A stretch of 64,000 bases of DNA from Actinomycetota bacterium (GCA_039805305.1 JBDLUM010000071.1:13895-77894); one strand, 5' to 3'; positions 1-10,729 are shown, counted from the stretch's first letter. Notes: a model not told the origin generated them from the letters alone. Program-made: numbers and translations.

Positions 1-600
1 GACAAGATCTGGGTCGGGTTGACCACCCGTGTAGAGGTGCTTAGAAATCAATTCTGGGGTTAGCGCCTCGGCCAGCACCTCGAACGAGGAGCCTTTCTTG
101 GCGTGCTTTTGCACGATGGCTCGCATGGCATCGGCAATCTCTTTGCGCCCACCGTAGCCAACTGCAAGATTAATGTGCAGGCCCGTCAGGTGCTTAGTTT
201 TGCGCTCGGCATCTTTGAGGGCGGCAACAAGCTTCGGCTCGAGCCCGGTTGCATCACCCACCCACTTGATGCGCCAGCGACCTTCGGTGGCAAACCTGGT
301 TGCTAGGTCGGCGATGATTTGCAACAACTCGTCTAGCTCGGCAGATTTGCGCCCGGTGAGGTTGTTGGTTGACAGAAGGTAAAGCGTTACGACGTCGATG
401 CCGAGGTCGTCGCACCAACCCATGAATTCGAAAATCTTGGCCGCTCCGGCGGCGTGACCCTCGCGAGTGGTGGCACCGGCTTTGCGTTCGGCCCAGCGGC
501 GGTTTCCGTCAAGAATCACCCCAACATGCTTGGGCAACGAGGCGCCCACGAGTTGACGACCGAGTCGACCCTCGTAAACGCGATAGATGAGGTTGCGCAC
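1..600 (-). CDS. cis-prenyltransferase, UppS family (short-chain Z-isoprenyl diphosphate synthase-like); C-terminus lies outside the window
   Basis: Not in the ORF track because it runs off the left edge. My minus-strand translation from GTG at 598-600 reads VRNLIYRVYEGRLGRQLVGASLPKHVGVILDGNRRWAERKAGATTREGH...VVTLYLLSTNNL. The DGNRRWA block is the hallmark of UppS-type prenyltransferases. It sits next to a hemolysin-III gene, as for M. tuberculosis Rv1086/Rv1085c (from memory). Confidence 0.8.
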   Translation of the reverse strand, partial: MRNLIYRVYEGRLGRQLVGASLPKHVGVILDGNRRWAERKAGATTREGHAAGAAKIFEFMGWCDDLGIDVVTLYLLSTNNLTGRKSAELDELLQIIADLATRFATEGRWRIKWVGDATGLEPKLVAALKDAERKTKHLTGLHINLAVGYGGRKEIADAMRAIVQKHAKKGSSFEVLAEALTPELISKHLYTGGQPDPDLV

Positions 601-619
601 GCTTCAAGGCTACTAACCT

Positions 620-1348
620 TTGAGTATGGATAAATCGCAAAACATCGAAGAAACCCAGGCGATTTATCTGCCGGTCTCAAGCGGATTCACGGTAGACGAG
701 CGACCTAGTTGGCGCGGATGGATTCACACCGGCGTGATGCCGATTGTGATTGCCGCAGGCGTGTTGCTGATCATCTTCGCCAACGGTGGCGCGGCAGGCA
801 AGGTTGCCGCATCGCTCTTTTTCGCATCCTCGTTCTTGCTATTTGGCAACTCGGCTCTCTATCACCGCTTCAACTGGAGCCCAAAGGTGAAGATGGTGCT
901 GAAACGCATCGATCACGCCAACATTGTGCTTCTAATCGCTGGCTCATACACGCCGATGGCCATGCTTGCCCTACCTGCCGAACAGGGCCTTCCGCTACTC
1001 ATCATCGTCTGGTCAACAGCAATTTTCGGAATGGCTTTCAGGGTCATCTGGGTTTCGGCTCCGCGATGGCTCTATGTGCCGATTTACATTTTGATGGGAG
1101 CTAGCGCGCTGATTTACGTGGTTGATTTTTATCGAGTCAACGCATGGATGATGTCGCTAATCGCAATCGGTGGATTGCTCTACATTCTCGGAGCACTCGT
1201 ATACGCGTTCAAAAAACCGAACCCGAGCCCGAAGCACTTCGGGTTTCACGAGATTTTTCACACTGCTACGGTCATTGCGTTTTTGTGCCACTGGACAGCA
1301 GCTCTGCTCATCTGCCTAAACCCGCTGGCTGGCAGCCTGGCTGGCTAG
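620..1348 (+). CDS. hemolysin III / PAQR family membrane protein
   Basis: ORF track 242 aa; ATG at 626 is an alternative start. Multiple hydrophobic segments and the motifs LYHRFNWSP, IDHANIVLLIAGSYTP and HEIFH are typical of the hemolysin III (YplQ/TrhA) family. Confidence 0.85.
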   Translation: MSMDKSQNIEETQAIYLPVSSGFTVDERPSWRGWIHTGVMPIVIAAGVLLIIFANGGAAGKVAASLFFASSFLLFGNSALYHRFNWSPKVKMVLKRIDHANIVLLIAGSYTPMAMLALPAEQGLPLLIIVWSTAIFGMAFRVIWVSAPRWLYVPIYILMGASALIYVVDFYRVNAWMMSLIAIGGLLYILGALVYAFKKPNPSPKHFGFHEIFHTATVIAFLCHWTAALLICLNPLAGSLAG

Positions 1349-1569
1349 TCGTTTTCTTTTGACTGCTGCTCGGCCGCTAGTTTTTCTTGAATCTCGGCGC
1401 GGTAACGCACGCGACGAACTCGTCGAACCATGTCAAGAATCAGCAAAACGGCCGAACCAGCGACGAAGAAAGTCAGCAAGAAGCCGACTGTGCCTGGCGA
1501 ATACCAAGTCTCAGCCGGATCTACTTCTGGAGTTGGGGTTGCCGCAATAAGCGCCACAAGATTCATCAT
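1345..1569 (-). CDS. hypothetical small membrane protein
   Basis: 74-aa ORF with one clear hydrophobic helix (VGFLLTFFVAGSAVLLILDMV) followed by a basic stretch. It fits the gap between neighbours. No family recognised. Confidence 0.45.
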   Translation of the reverse strand: MMNLVALIAATPTPEVDPAETWYSPGTVGFLLTFFVAGSAVLLILDMVRRVRRVRYRAEIQEKLAAEQQSKEND

Positions 1570-1606
1570 TCTTTAATTATGCGCTGATGAAGTTACCCTT
1601 AACACG

Positions 1607-1996
1607 ATGAGCAACGAAAAACTGATGCAAGAACGCTACGGGCGCACGAGCAAGCCGAGCCGCGGCAAGGTTATTGCCCTCGCATCCGTGCTATTTGCCG
1701 TCTTCATGGGCTGGGCCATCTGGGTGTCATTCTTCTCACCACAAACCGCCAAGCCAGCAGTTCAGGGTTACGAAGTTGTCGATGAGTCGAGCACCATCGT
1801 GCGTTTCAGTGTGGCTAAACCCCAAGACTCAACCGCAGTTTGCGCCGTCGAGGTGCTGTCGAAGTCTTATGCGGTGGTTGGCTTTCGCGAAATCGTGATT
1901 GGCCCTGAAACCAACGCGGATGCTCTGATCGAAGCCACCGTAAACACCACGTCACTCGGGGTTACGGGGCTAGTCGAAAAGTGCTCGCTGAAGTAA
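1607..1996 (+). CDS. membrane-anchored protein, DUF4307-like
   Basis: 129-aa ORF with an N-terminal basic region, one TM segment (VIALASVLFAVFMGWAIWVSFF) and a beta-rich domain. Its position directly upstream of greA matches the Rv1081c-type protein of mycobacteria (from memory). Confidence 0.6.
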   Translation: MSNEKLMQERYGRTSKPSRGKVIALASVLFAVFMGWAIWVSFFSPQTAKPAVQGYEVVDESSTIVRFSVAKPQDSTAVCAVEVLSKSYAVVGFREIVIGPETNADALIEATVNTTSLGVTGLVEKCSLK

Positions 1997-2008
1997 AATC
2001 TTTATGAG

Positions 2009-2040
2009 CTCGGCGGGCTAATCTGCCGGGTGTTTTTATT
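2009..2040 (+). terminator. possible intrinsic terminator after the DUF4307-like gene
   Basis: Stem CTCGGC (2009-2014) pairs with GCCGGG (2025-2030), including one G-U pair, followed by TGTTTTTATTT. Confidence 0.4.
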
Positions 2041-2061
2041 TCTAAACCCAAAGGTTCATTC

Positions 2062-2547
2062 ATGTCTGAAGCGCAGCCAACCTGGCTAACTCAAGAGGCC
2101 TACGATCGCCTAGCGGCCGAACTAGAGCAACTACTAACCGTTGCGCGCGCCGACATTGCCAAGCGCATCCAGGAGGCTCGCGAAGAAGGCGACCTTAAAG
2201 AAAACGGTGGATACCACGCAGCCAAAGATGAGCAGGGAAAGATTGAGGCGCGCATTAACCGCCTTGAGAACATCCTCGCCAGTTCTGTTGTCGGCGATGC
2301 GCCTGCCACTCACGGCGTTGTTGAGCAGGGCACCGTGATCACCCTCACCTTGAATGGTTCAGAGAATAAGTTCTTGCTTGGTTCGGCCGAAATCGCCGAG
2401 GGCACCGACCTAATCGTTTATAGCCCAGACAGCCCAATTGGTAAGGCTATTTTGGGCCAGAAGATTGGTGACGAAGTTTCTTTTGTTGCGCCAAACGGCC
2501 GCACCATCGAGGTCAAGATTTTGGCCGTCGAACACTTCAACGGCTAG
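2062..2547 (+). CDS. greA: transcription elongation factor GreA
   Basis: 161 aa. N-terminal coiled coil (WLTQEAYDRLAAELEQL...DLKENGGYHAAKDEQ) and the C-terminal FKBP-like domain are typical of GreA. Confidence 0.95.
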   Translation: MSEAQPTWLTQEAYDRLAAELEQLLTVARADIAKRIQEAREEGDLKENGGYHAAKDEQGKIEARINRLENILASSVVGDAPATHGVVEQGTVITLTLNGSENKFLLGSAEIAEGTDLIVYSPDSPIGKAILGQKIGDEVSFVAPNGRTIEVKILAVEHFNG

Positions 2548-3788
2548 TTTTTAGCGACTCGCGCTTTCAAACCCGCATCATTTAGAGCCTTGAGCACTCG
2601 CTGGCTGTGTTCGGCACCGGTGGTCTCAACACTCACACGCAGCTCAACTTCGCTGATATCGAAATCATCTCCGTGGCGGGTGTGCAGCACTTCAACAACG
2701 TTTCCGTGGGCAGAAGCAATGGCCTCGGCGGTTTTCACAAGCTGACCCGGGCGGTCTGGCAACATCACCGAAATGGTGACATAGCGGTCTGAAGCAACCA
2801 GGCCGTGGCCGATTACCTTCTGCATAAGCAGTGGGTCGAAGTTGCCACCCGACAAAACTGCAACGGTTCGACCCTTCGGCTTGAATGCGCCTGTCATCAA
2901 GGCTGCCACCGTCACAGCGCCAGCAGGCTCTACGACTAGCTTTGAGCGCTCCAACAGGGTAACAATCGCCTTGGCGATGTCATCGTCTGTAACGGTCACA
3001 ATCTTGTCAATGTGAGTCTTGATTAGCTCGAAAGGAATCTGCCCGGGCTTGGCCACGGCGATACCGTCAGCGATGGTCGGCTTGGTGGCAATCTGAGTAA
3101 CTTTGCCAGCTTTGATTGACGGAACGTATGAAGCGGCGTTGGCAGACTGCACGCCGATGATCTTGATCTTGCGACCCTGCTCCTTGGCTTTGAGTTTGGC
3201 GGCAACGGCAACGCCTGCGGCCAGCCCTCCCCCGCCGATTGCAACGAGAATGCTGTCAACACCTTCGAGCTGGTCAAGAATCTCGAGACCCACGGTGCCC
3301 TGCCCAAGAACCACGTCGCGGTTGTCATAGGGCGGAATGAAAATCGCACCCTTTTTGGCGGCGTACTCCTGCGCGGCCTTTAGCGCTTCGGCAAACACCG
3401 CTCCCTCGAGCACAACCTGCGCGCCGTAGTTCTGGGTTGCTAAGTATTTAGGCAGAGATGCCCCGATCGGCATGAAGACGGTGGCTTTGATACCAAGCTT
3501 CTTTGCAGCAAGGGCCACGCCTTGGGCGTGATTTCCAGCGGATGCTGCGACAACACCCTTTTTGCGCTCAGCCGCCGTGAGTTTGCTCATGCGGTGGTAA
3601 GCCCCGCGCACCTTGTAGGCGCCGGTGCGCTGCAGGGTTTCGGCTTTGAGCCAAACATCCGCCCCAGTTAGCTTGCTCAAGTAATTGCTGTGCAGCACGG
3701 GAGTTTCGATAGCCACCTGAGCCACAATTTCGTGCGCGGCTTCAAACTCGGCGAGAGTTGGGGCCACCACGGGGCTCTGGTTAGGCAT
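2544..3788 (-). CDS. ilvA: threonine ammonia-lyase (threonine dehydratase), short form with one ACT-like domain
   Basis: 414 aa. PLP-lysine region ETLQRTGAYKVRGAY, glycine loop AIGGGGLAAG, and a C-terminal regulatory domain. The stop overlaps the greA stop within a shared CTAG. Confidence 0.9.
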   Translation of the reverse strand: MPNQSPVVAPTLAEFEAAHEIVAQVAIETPVLHSNYLSKLTGADVWLKAETLQRTGAYKVRGAYHRMSKLTAAERKKGVVAASAGNHAQGVALAAKKLGIKATVFMPIGASLPKYLATQNYGAQVVLEGAVFAEALKAAQEYAAKKGAIFIPPYDNRDVVLGQGTVGLEILDQLEGVDSILVAIGGGGLAAGVAVAAKLKAKEQGRKIKIIGVQSANAASYVPSIKAGKVTQIATKPTIADGIAVAKPGQIPFELIKTHIDKIVTVTDDDIAKAIVTLLERSKLVVEPAGAVTVAALMTGAFKPKGRTVAVLSGGNFDPLLMQKVIGHGLVASDRYVTISVMLPDRPGQLVKTAEAIASAHGNVVEVLHTRHGDDFDISEVELRVSVETTGAEHSQRVLKALNDAGLKARVAKN

Positions 3789-3824
3789 TTGTTGCTCCTT
3801 TTACATACGCTGGTATGAGTTTAG

Positions 3825-5027
3825 TTGCGAAGGAGCCCAATGCCGTTGGAGTTGAGCGCTAGCCAGGCACGCGTGCTGAGCTTGCGGCAGTTGGGTGTCG
3901 ACTCAGACCGCGACGGTTCGGTTATGGCCGTGGTCGACCGGTTGGGGCTGTTGCAGGTCGATTCGGTGAATGTCTTCGAACGTGCGCACTACATGCCCCT
4001 TTTCTCTCGACTCGGTAAATTCGACAAAACCGAACTCGAATCGGCCATGGGTGGCTTTCACCCGCAGTTGATCGAATACTGGGCTCACGAAGCATCGATT
4101 GTTCGACTCGAAAATTGGCCGCTCTACCGCTGGCGCATGAATGCCTATCGAGACAAGTACTCGACCAAGTGGGGTATGGAGGCAGGGAACAAGAAGCTCG
4201 TCGAGCAAATCACCTCGCAGCTTCGCGCCAACGGCCCGATGACCACCGGACAGTTCGAAACCGAGGCCAATGTTCGCAAGGGTTCTTGGTGGGGTTGGAG
4301 CGACCTCAAAGAAGCCCTCGAATACATGTTCTTGGTTGGCGATCTGGTTTCTGGTGGACGCGATTCATTCAAAAGGCTCTACGCGCTTCCTGAGCAGGTG
4401 CTTCCGCAGCACATCCTCGATCACACCCCGAGCGACGCGGATGCTAAGAAGAAGCTCTTCTTGCAGGCGGCCACAGCAACCGGCGTTGGCACCTACACCG
4501 ACATCGCCGACTGGCACCGCATGAGCCCTACGACCAACAAAAAGGTTTTTGCCGAACTGGTCGAAGCCGGTGAGATGCTAGAAGTGCAGGTCGATGGCTG
4601 GGCTCAGCCGGGTTACGTCAATGCCGCCACCAGCCTCGAAGGCCTAGACGCCAAGGCCCCCGGGGCTCGAACCACAATCTTGAGCCCGTTTGACCCGGTT
4701 TGCTGGAAGCGTGATCGAATCGAGCGGATGTTTGGCTTCGAGTACCGCATCGAGATTTACACTCCCGAGCCGAAGCGCCAGTTTGGCTATTACACGCTGC
4801 CGATTCTGCACAACCGTGACCTCGTTGGCCGCATCGACCTAAAGAGCGATAGGCACGGCAGTCAGCTGCTTGCTCAGGCGTCGTGGCACGAATCAAAACT
4901 CAACGACCGACAAGCTGCATCGCTAGCCAAAGAATTGAACAAGCATCTAAAGGTGGTTCAGAGTTGGCAGGGGTTGAATGAAACCGTGGTCATGCCCAAA
5001 GGTAACCTCGCCGAACTACTTGGCTAG
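3825..5027 (+). CDS. winged-helix DNA-binding protein, YcaQ/AlkZ-like DNA glycosylase family
   Basis: 400-aa ORF. Family assignment is from remembered family features (QLIEYWAHEASIV, EIYTPEPKRQFGYYTLPIL). ATG at 3840, preceded by GAAGGAG, is a more likely start than the TTG at 3825. Confidence 0.7.
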   Translation: MRRSPMPLELSASQARVLSLRQLGVDSDRDGSVMAVVDRLGLLQVDSVNVFERAHYMPLFSRLGKFDKTELESAMGGFHPQLIEYWAHEASIVRLENWPLYRWRMNAYRDKYSTKWGMEAGNKKLVEQITSQLRANGPMTTGQFETEANVRKGSWWGWSDLKEALEYMFLVGDLVSGGRDSFKRLYALPEQVLPQHILDHTPSDADAKKKLFLQAATATGVGTYTDIADWHRMSPTTNKKVFAELVEAGEMLEVQVDGWAQPGYVNAATSLEGLDAKAPGARTTILSPFDPVCWKRDRIERMFGFEYRIEIYTPEPKRQFGYYTLPILHNRDLVGRIDLKSDRHGSQLLAQASWHESKLNDRQAASLAKELNKHLKVVQSWQGLNETVVMPKGNLAELLG

Positions 5028-5060
5028 CAGCTCGCAAAAGCCGCTAGGCGCATGCTCGAA

Positions 5061-5954
5061 CTAGAACTTGTTGCCCATCTGCATGATGCGGGCGATGCGC
5101 TTTGGAATCGGCGGGTGAGTCGAAAACATTCGCTCGACCATGCCCGGCTTCATAGGGTCGCTGATGTACATGTGCGCCATAGACGAGGATGATCGACGCA
5201 TCGGCTTTCCATAGGTGCCGAGTTTGTGCAGCGCCCTTGCCAACCCATCGGGGTAGCGGGTCGACTCAACACCAGTTGCGTCGGCCAAGTATTCGCGTTG
5301 ACGCGAAACTGCCGCGCTAACAATTGGGCCAATCAAAAACGCCACGATGCTGCCAACCACGCCAATCAGCAACAGAACGAGCCCTAGCTGGTTGTTGCTG
5401 TCGTTGCGGTTGCCGCCGTGGTTCGCCCAGAAAGCCATGCGAAGTGCGAAGTCGGCGAGAATACCGATTGCGCTAACCAGACCAAACACTATTGTCGACA
5501 CTCGAATGTCATAGTTCTTCACGTGGCCCATCTCGTGCGCCATCACGCCTTCGAGTTCTTGGTCATCCATGATGGCTAGCAATCCAGATGTCGCGGCAAC
5601 CACCGCGTGTTTCGGGTCGCGACCGGTTGCAAAGGCGTTCGGTGCGTCATCGGGAATGATGTAAACCTTTGGCATCGGCATGCCCTCGCGAATCGATAGA
5701 TTCTCGACGGTGTTCCACAGGCGCGGGTTGTCTTGTTTGGTGATCTGAATTGCCCCAGACATAGCAACGGCGATGCTTGAGGCGGCGTAGTACTGAAACA
5801 GAGTGTAGAGACCTACAAAAAGCAGAATCGGAATCACGCTCGAGCCGTTACCAGAGGCTACTCCCCAGGCATAGGCCAGACCGCCGAGCAGGGCAACGAA
5901 CAAACCAACGATGATGATGGTGTTGCGCTTATTGGCCGCTATCGCCGAATACAT
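5061..5954 (-). CDS. htpX: zinc metalloprotease HtpX homolog (peptidase M48)
   Basis: 297 aa. HEMGH zinc motif, N-terminal and internal TM segments, and the usual position downstream of lemA. Confidence 0.9.
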   Translation of the reverse strand: MYSAIAANKRNTIIIVGLFVALLGGLAYAWGVASGNGSSVIPILLFVGLYTLFQYYAASSIAVAMSGAIQITKQDNPRLWNTVENLSIREGMPMPKVYIIPDDAPNAFATGRDPKHAVVAATSGLLAIMDDQELEGVMAHEMGHVKNYDIRVSTIVFGLVSAIGILADFALRMAFWANHGGNRNDSNNQLGLVLLLIGVVGSIVAFLIGPIVSAAVSRQREYLADATGVESTRYPDGLARALHKLGTYGKPMRRSSSSMAHMYISDPMKPGMVERMFSTHPPIPKRIARIMQMGNKF

Positions 5955-5996
5955 CGATGACTTACCGTTCTTCTTTTGTGAGTGCGAGCAGAAAGT

Positions 5997-6557
5997 TTAG
6001 AACTTGACCTGAGGTGGTTCTGCGATTGCAGCAGCGTCAGCTACCTCGAAGTATTCACGAGGCTTGAAACCGAAACCGCCGAAGATGACCTGTGGAAACT
6101 GCTTCACCTTGATGTTCAGTTCGCGAGCGCCACCGTTGTAAAAACGACGTGATGCCATGATCTTGTCTTCGGTGTCGCTTAGCTCTGCCTGAAGTGACAG
6201 GAAGTTCTGGTTTGCCTGAAGCTGAGGGTAAGCCTCGGCTACGGCGAAGAGGCTCTTTAGTGCGCCTTCGAAGCCTGCATCTGCGGCTGCAGCTGCAGCT
6301 GGGCTGGCCATGGCAGCCGGCGAAACAGTTGCGGCACGAGCCTTGGTTACGTTCTCGAAAACTTCTTTTTCGTGAGTGGCATAACCCTTAACGGTTTCGA
6401 TGATGTTTGGAATCAGGTCGGCACGACGCTTGAGCTGAACGGTGATATCGCTCCAAGCCTCATTCACGCGCTCGTTCAAAGTGACTAGGCCGTTGTAGGT
6501 AGCCCAGACCCAGAGGCCGAGCAATGCAACAACACCAATAGCGATCCAGATTTCCAT
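5997..6557 (-). CDS. LemA family protein
   Basis: 186 aa. N-terminal TM helix plus ATYNGLVTLNERVNEAWSDITVQLKRRADLIPN, which is typical of LemA. Confidence 0.9.
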   Translation of the reverse strand: MEIWIAIGVVALLGLWVWATYNGLVTLNERVNEAWSDITVQLKRRADLIPNIIETVKGYATHEKEVFENVTKARAATVSPAAMASPAAAAAADAGFEGALKSLFAVAEAYPQLQANQNFLSLQAELSDTEDKIMASRRFYNGGARELNIKVKQFPQVIFGGFGFKPREYFEVADAAAIAEPPQVKF

Positions 6558-6672
6558 GTTTCTCCTCGTCGGCAGACAAACGCTGCACTTGAGTCAACTT
6601 TAGAACGATGGATGTCGCATCCGAGTGTTTTTCAGCATTCACACAGCAACGCCTCAAGCGAACAGCAAACCT

Positions 6673-6748
6673 TGGTGCCCCTTGTGGGACTCGAACCCAC
6701 ACTGTAACGATTTTAAGTCGTCTGCCTCTGCCATTGGGCTAAAGGGGC
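6673..6748 (-). tRNA. tRNA with anticodon UAA (reads UUA) but a short 5-nt variable region; amino-acid identity uncertain (see findings)
   Basis: Reverse complement is GCCCCTTTAGCCCAATGGCAGAGGCAGACGACTTAAAATCGTTACAGTGTGGGTTCGAGTCCCACAAGGGGCACCA. Hand fold gives a 7-bp acceptor stem, T arm GTGGG-TTCGAGT-CCCAC, anticodon arm GACGA-CTTAAAA-TCGTT, and an encoded CCA. Confidence 0.85.
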
Positions 6749-6782
6749 GAAAAGCGAAAGGGCCCAGATTTCTCTGAGCCCT
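6749..6782 (-). terminator. intrinsic terminator downstream of ndh
   Basis: 10-bp stem with one mismatch (6759-6768 pairs with 6773-6782), loop TTTC. On the minus strand it is followed by TTCGCTTTTC. Confidence 0.5.
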
Positions 6783-6796
6783 TCCAAGTCAATGCC

Positions 6797-8149
6797 TTAC
6801 TTCTTTGGCTTGGCGGCCCAAGTTTCGAACGATAATCGCGGCGACTTGTTCGCAGCGGTCGAAACAATGTCGCGACGCAGCAAGAAGTTGAAAATCCAGC
6901 CGGCGAATACGCGAATCTTGCGCTCCCAGGTTGGAATCGCTAGGCCGTGGTAACCGCGGTGCATGAACCATGCCAGCAAGCCCTTGATGCCGAGCTTCTT
7001 GTACTGGAACACGCCGACACCGATGCCGAGACCCGCCACAGCGCCAAGCGGCTTGTGGAAGTAGTCTTTGACACCCTCGCCGCGGAGCGAAGCAACGATG
7101 TTCTTGGCAAGAAGCTTGCCCTGGCGAACCGCGTGCTGCGCGTTTGGCACACAGAAGCCGCCAACACCGAAACCACTGAGGTCTGGCACTGCCGATACGT
7201 CACCTGCGGTCCAAGCATCCGGCACAATGTTGCCCTCTGCGTCGATGCAACGAAGTGACGGATGCGCAGCCAAACGGCCACGCTCTTCAACATGTAGATC
7301 GGTGTTGCGCACGTATGGGTGAGCCATTACACCGGCGGTCCAGACGATTACGTCAGACTCGAACGATTCGCCGCTCGAAAGTTCAATCTTGCCGCCAACG
7401 GCCGACTGCAGCTGGGTGTTTAGGTGAACCTTGGCCCCGCGCTGGTCGAGGTTTGCAACAACCCAGTCAGCGGTCTTTGCCGAAACCTCAGGCATGATGC
7501 GACCCATCGCCTCGATGAGGTGAAAGTGAACGTCGTCAAAGGTGAGGGTTGGGTAGTAGCGAAGCAGGTAGCTGGCAAGCGAACGCATTTCGGCAAATGC
7601 TTCGATACCGGCGAATCCGCCACCGACAACAACGAAGGTGAGCAGACGGTCGCGCTCTGCACCGGCAGGCATGTTGGCAGCCTTATCGAAGTTCACGAGG
7701 ATGCGGTTGCGAACCTCTGTGGCCTCTTCGATGTTCTTCAGACCGATGGCCTGATCTGCGACACCAGGAATCGGGAAGGTGCGCGAAACCGCACCGGCGG
7801 TCATGACGATCTGGTCGTACTTGACCTTTTTTGCGCCCTTGACACCTGCATACTCGATGGTTGCGGTCTTCTTCTTGTGGTCAACGTTGGTGACCTTGCC
7901 CGAAACGATGTTGGTCTTGCGAAGGTGACGACGGTGTGAAACGACCGCGTGTCTGGCCTCGATTGAACCGGCCACAACCTCAGGCAAGAACGGCTGGTAG
8001 GTCATGTATGGCAGTGGGTCGACCAAGGTCACTTCGGCTTCACCCTTTGCAAGGTGCTTCTCGAGCTTCCATGCGGTGTAGAAGCCGGCGTAACCGCCGC
8101 CGACGATGAGAATCTTAGGCGCGGTGGCTTCAGTTGATTTAGCAGGCAT
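6797..8149 (-). CDS. ndh: type II NADH:quinone oxidoreductase (NDH-2)
   Basis: 450 aa. Two dinucleotide-binding folds (ILIVGGGYAGF and FVVVGGGFAGIE) and overall NDH-2 architecture. Confidence 0.9.
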   Translation of the reverse strand: MPAKSTEATAPKILIVGGGYAGFYTAWKLEKHLAKGEAEVTLVDPLPYMTYQPFLPEVVAGSIEARHAVVSHRRHLRKTNIVSGKVTNVDHKKKTATIEYAGVKGAKKVKYDQIVMTAGAVSRTFPIPGVADQAIGLKNIEEATEVRNRILVNFDKAANMPAGAERDRLLTFVVVGGGFAGIEAFAEMRSLASYLLRYYPTLTFDDVHFHLIEAMGRIMPEVSAKTADWVVANLDQRGAKVHLNTQLQSAVGGKIELSSGESFESDVIVWTAGVMAHPYVRNTDLHVEERGRLAAHPSLRCIDAEGNIVPDAWTAGDVSAVPDLSGFGVGGFCVPNAQHAVRQGKLLAKNIVASLRGEGVKDYFHKPLGAVAGLGIGVGVFQYKKLGIKGLLAWFMHRGYHGLAIPTWERKIRVFAGWIFNFLLRRDIVSTAANKSPRLSFETWAAKPKK

Positions 8150-8195
8150 GAGGACTAATTTACTACTTTCGTTTTATCGATTTGTTACAGACAGT

Positions 8196-8723
8196 TCAAT
8201 TGCTTGCGCTAGTGCCGGGGTCGGCACACACGCATTTGGTCGGGCTCCAAGTGCAAGCATCCAAGGCTAAATCGCCAATCGGGTTCACTCCCCTGCCAGC
8301 GGCAAGCGAGTGGCCGGCCAGGGCGTGAAGGCATTTGACTCGCACGGGCATTCCACCGGCAGAGATTCCGGCGATCTCGGGCACCTCGCCGGTGCTCTTT
8401 TCGAGCTCATCGCGGTCGGCCAAATAGGCCTCGTGTGCCTTCTGGTAGGAGGCAGCCAGCTCTGGCTCGTCGGCCAGACGCTGCTGCAGCTCGGCCATGT
8501 AGCCGCTTGCCTCGAGGGTCGAAAGCGCAGCGGTCGCCCCTGGGTGAGTCAGGTAATAAGTGGTCGGAAACGGGGTGCCGTCGCCTAGGCGAGGCGCGGT
8601 TTGCACGACGGTTGGGTTGCCGCAGGCGCAGCGCGAAGCGATCGCAACAATGTCTCTAGCCTGACGGCCGAGTTGGGCTGAAACCACCTCGATGTCTCGG
8701 GCAGTTGCCGGTGAAAGTGGCAT
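8196..8723 (-). CDS. DUF501 domain protein
   Basis: 175 aa. Its position after eno and the ftsB-like gene reproduces the Rv1023-Rv1025 order. The start overlaps the upstream stop. Confidence 0.7.
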   Translation of the reverse strand: MPLSPATARDIEVVSAQLGRQARDIVAIASRCACGNPTVVQTAPRLGDGTPFPTTYYLTHPGATAALSTLEASGYMAELQQRLADEPELAASYQKAHEAYLADRDELEKSTGEVPEIAGISAGGMPVRVKCLHALAGHSLAAGRGVNPIGDLALDACTWSPTKCVCADPGTSASN

Positions 8724-9247
8724 TACTTCTTAGCCTCTTTTTCGGGCTGTTCGATGCCGCTGCGCACCACTGTTTCTACAAGCGCGTCAACCCAGTTCGA
8801 TTTCGCCGAGCGAACGGTGGTGGTGATTTCACCGTTATTGGTTCGAGCGGCAATCATTGCGCCAACGGTGCCCGAAACGTCACTTTCGTCGATTCCCGTG
8901 GCATCCATCACCAGGTATGAAACCTCGCCGGGCATTACGTAGTAGAGGCGATCGCGAGCTTGTGAGCGAATGTACACGGGGTCTTCCCAGCGGGTGCGTT
9001 CGGCCTTCATGGCCTCGACGTCTGCCTCAGATGCTGCCACCTGAGCACGGATGTCGGCGAGCTGCTGTTGCTGTTCGATGAGCACCTGCGCTTGAGGAGC
9101 CAGTGTGAAGATTCCCAAAACGAGAACTGTTGCCAATGTGATGGTTCGAACATCGAGTCCGATGTTGCGCTTCATTTCACGAGGTGCAGATGCTGAAGGC
9201 ATCCGTGTTGATTTCACTCGAGCCTTGGTTGGCTTTAGTGGTTTCAT
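8723..9247 (-). CDS. septum formation initiator family protein (FtsB/DivIC-like)
   Basis: 174 aa. One TM segment followed by a coiled coil (LIEQQQQLADIRAQVAASEADVEAMKAERTRWEDPVYIRSQARDRLYYVMPGE). Confidence 0.75.
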   Translation of the reverse strand: MKPLKPTKARVKSTRMPSASAPREMKRNIGLDVRTITLATVLVLGIFTLAPQAQVLIEQQQQLADIRAQVAASEADVEAMKAERTRWEDPVYIRSQARDRLYYVMPGEVSYLVMDATGIDESDVSGTVGAMIAARTNNGEITTTVRSAKSNWVDALVETVVRSGIEQPEKEAKK

Positions 9248-9280
9248 CAGCGGATGCCTTCGTTATCGCGTTATGCGGAT

Positions 9281-10576
<1,296 letters not shown>

Positions 10577-10729
10577 CTATGTGGATTGCAGATTTTGTGG
10601 CGCGAGATTTCGCGCGAAAACGTCGTTGTATGCCTCTAAGTCTAGATGAAACCATTGCGCCAGAGCGTGCGCCACGGCACCACAAAGACCAGCGTCGAAA
10701 GGTTTGTTCGAGTTGGCTGACTGCGGTGG

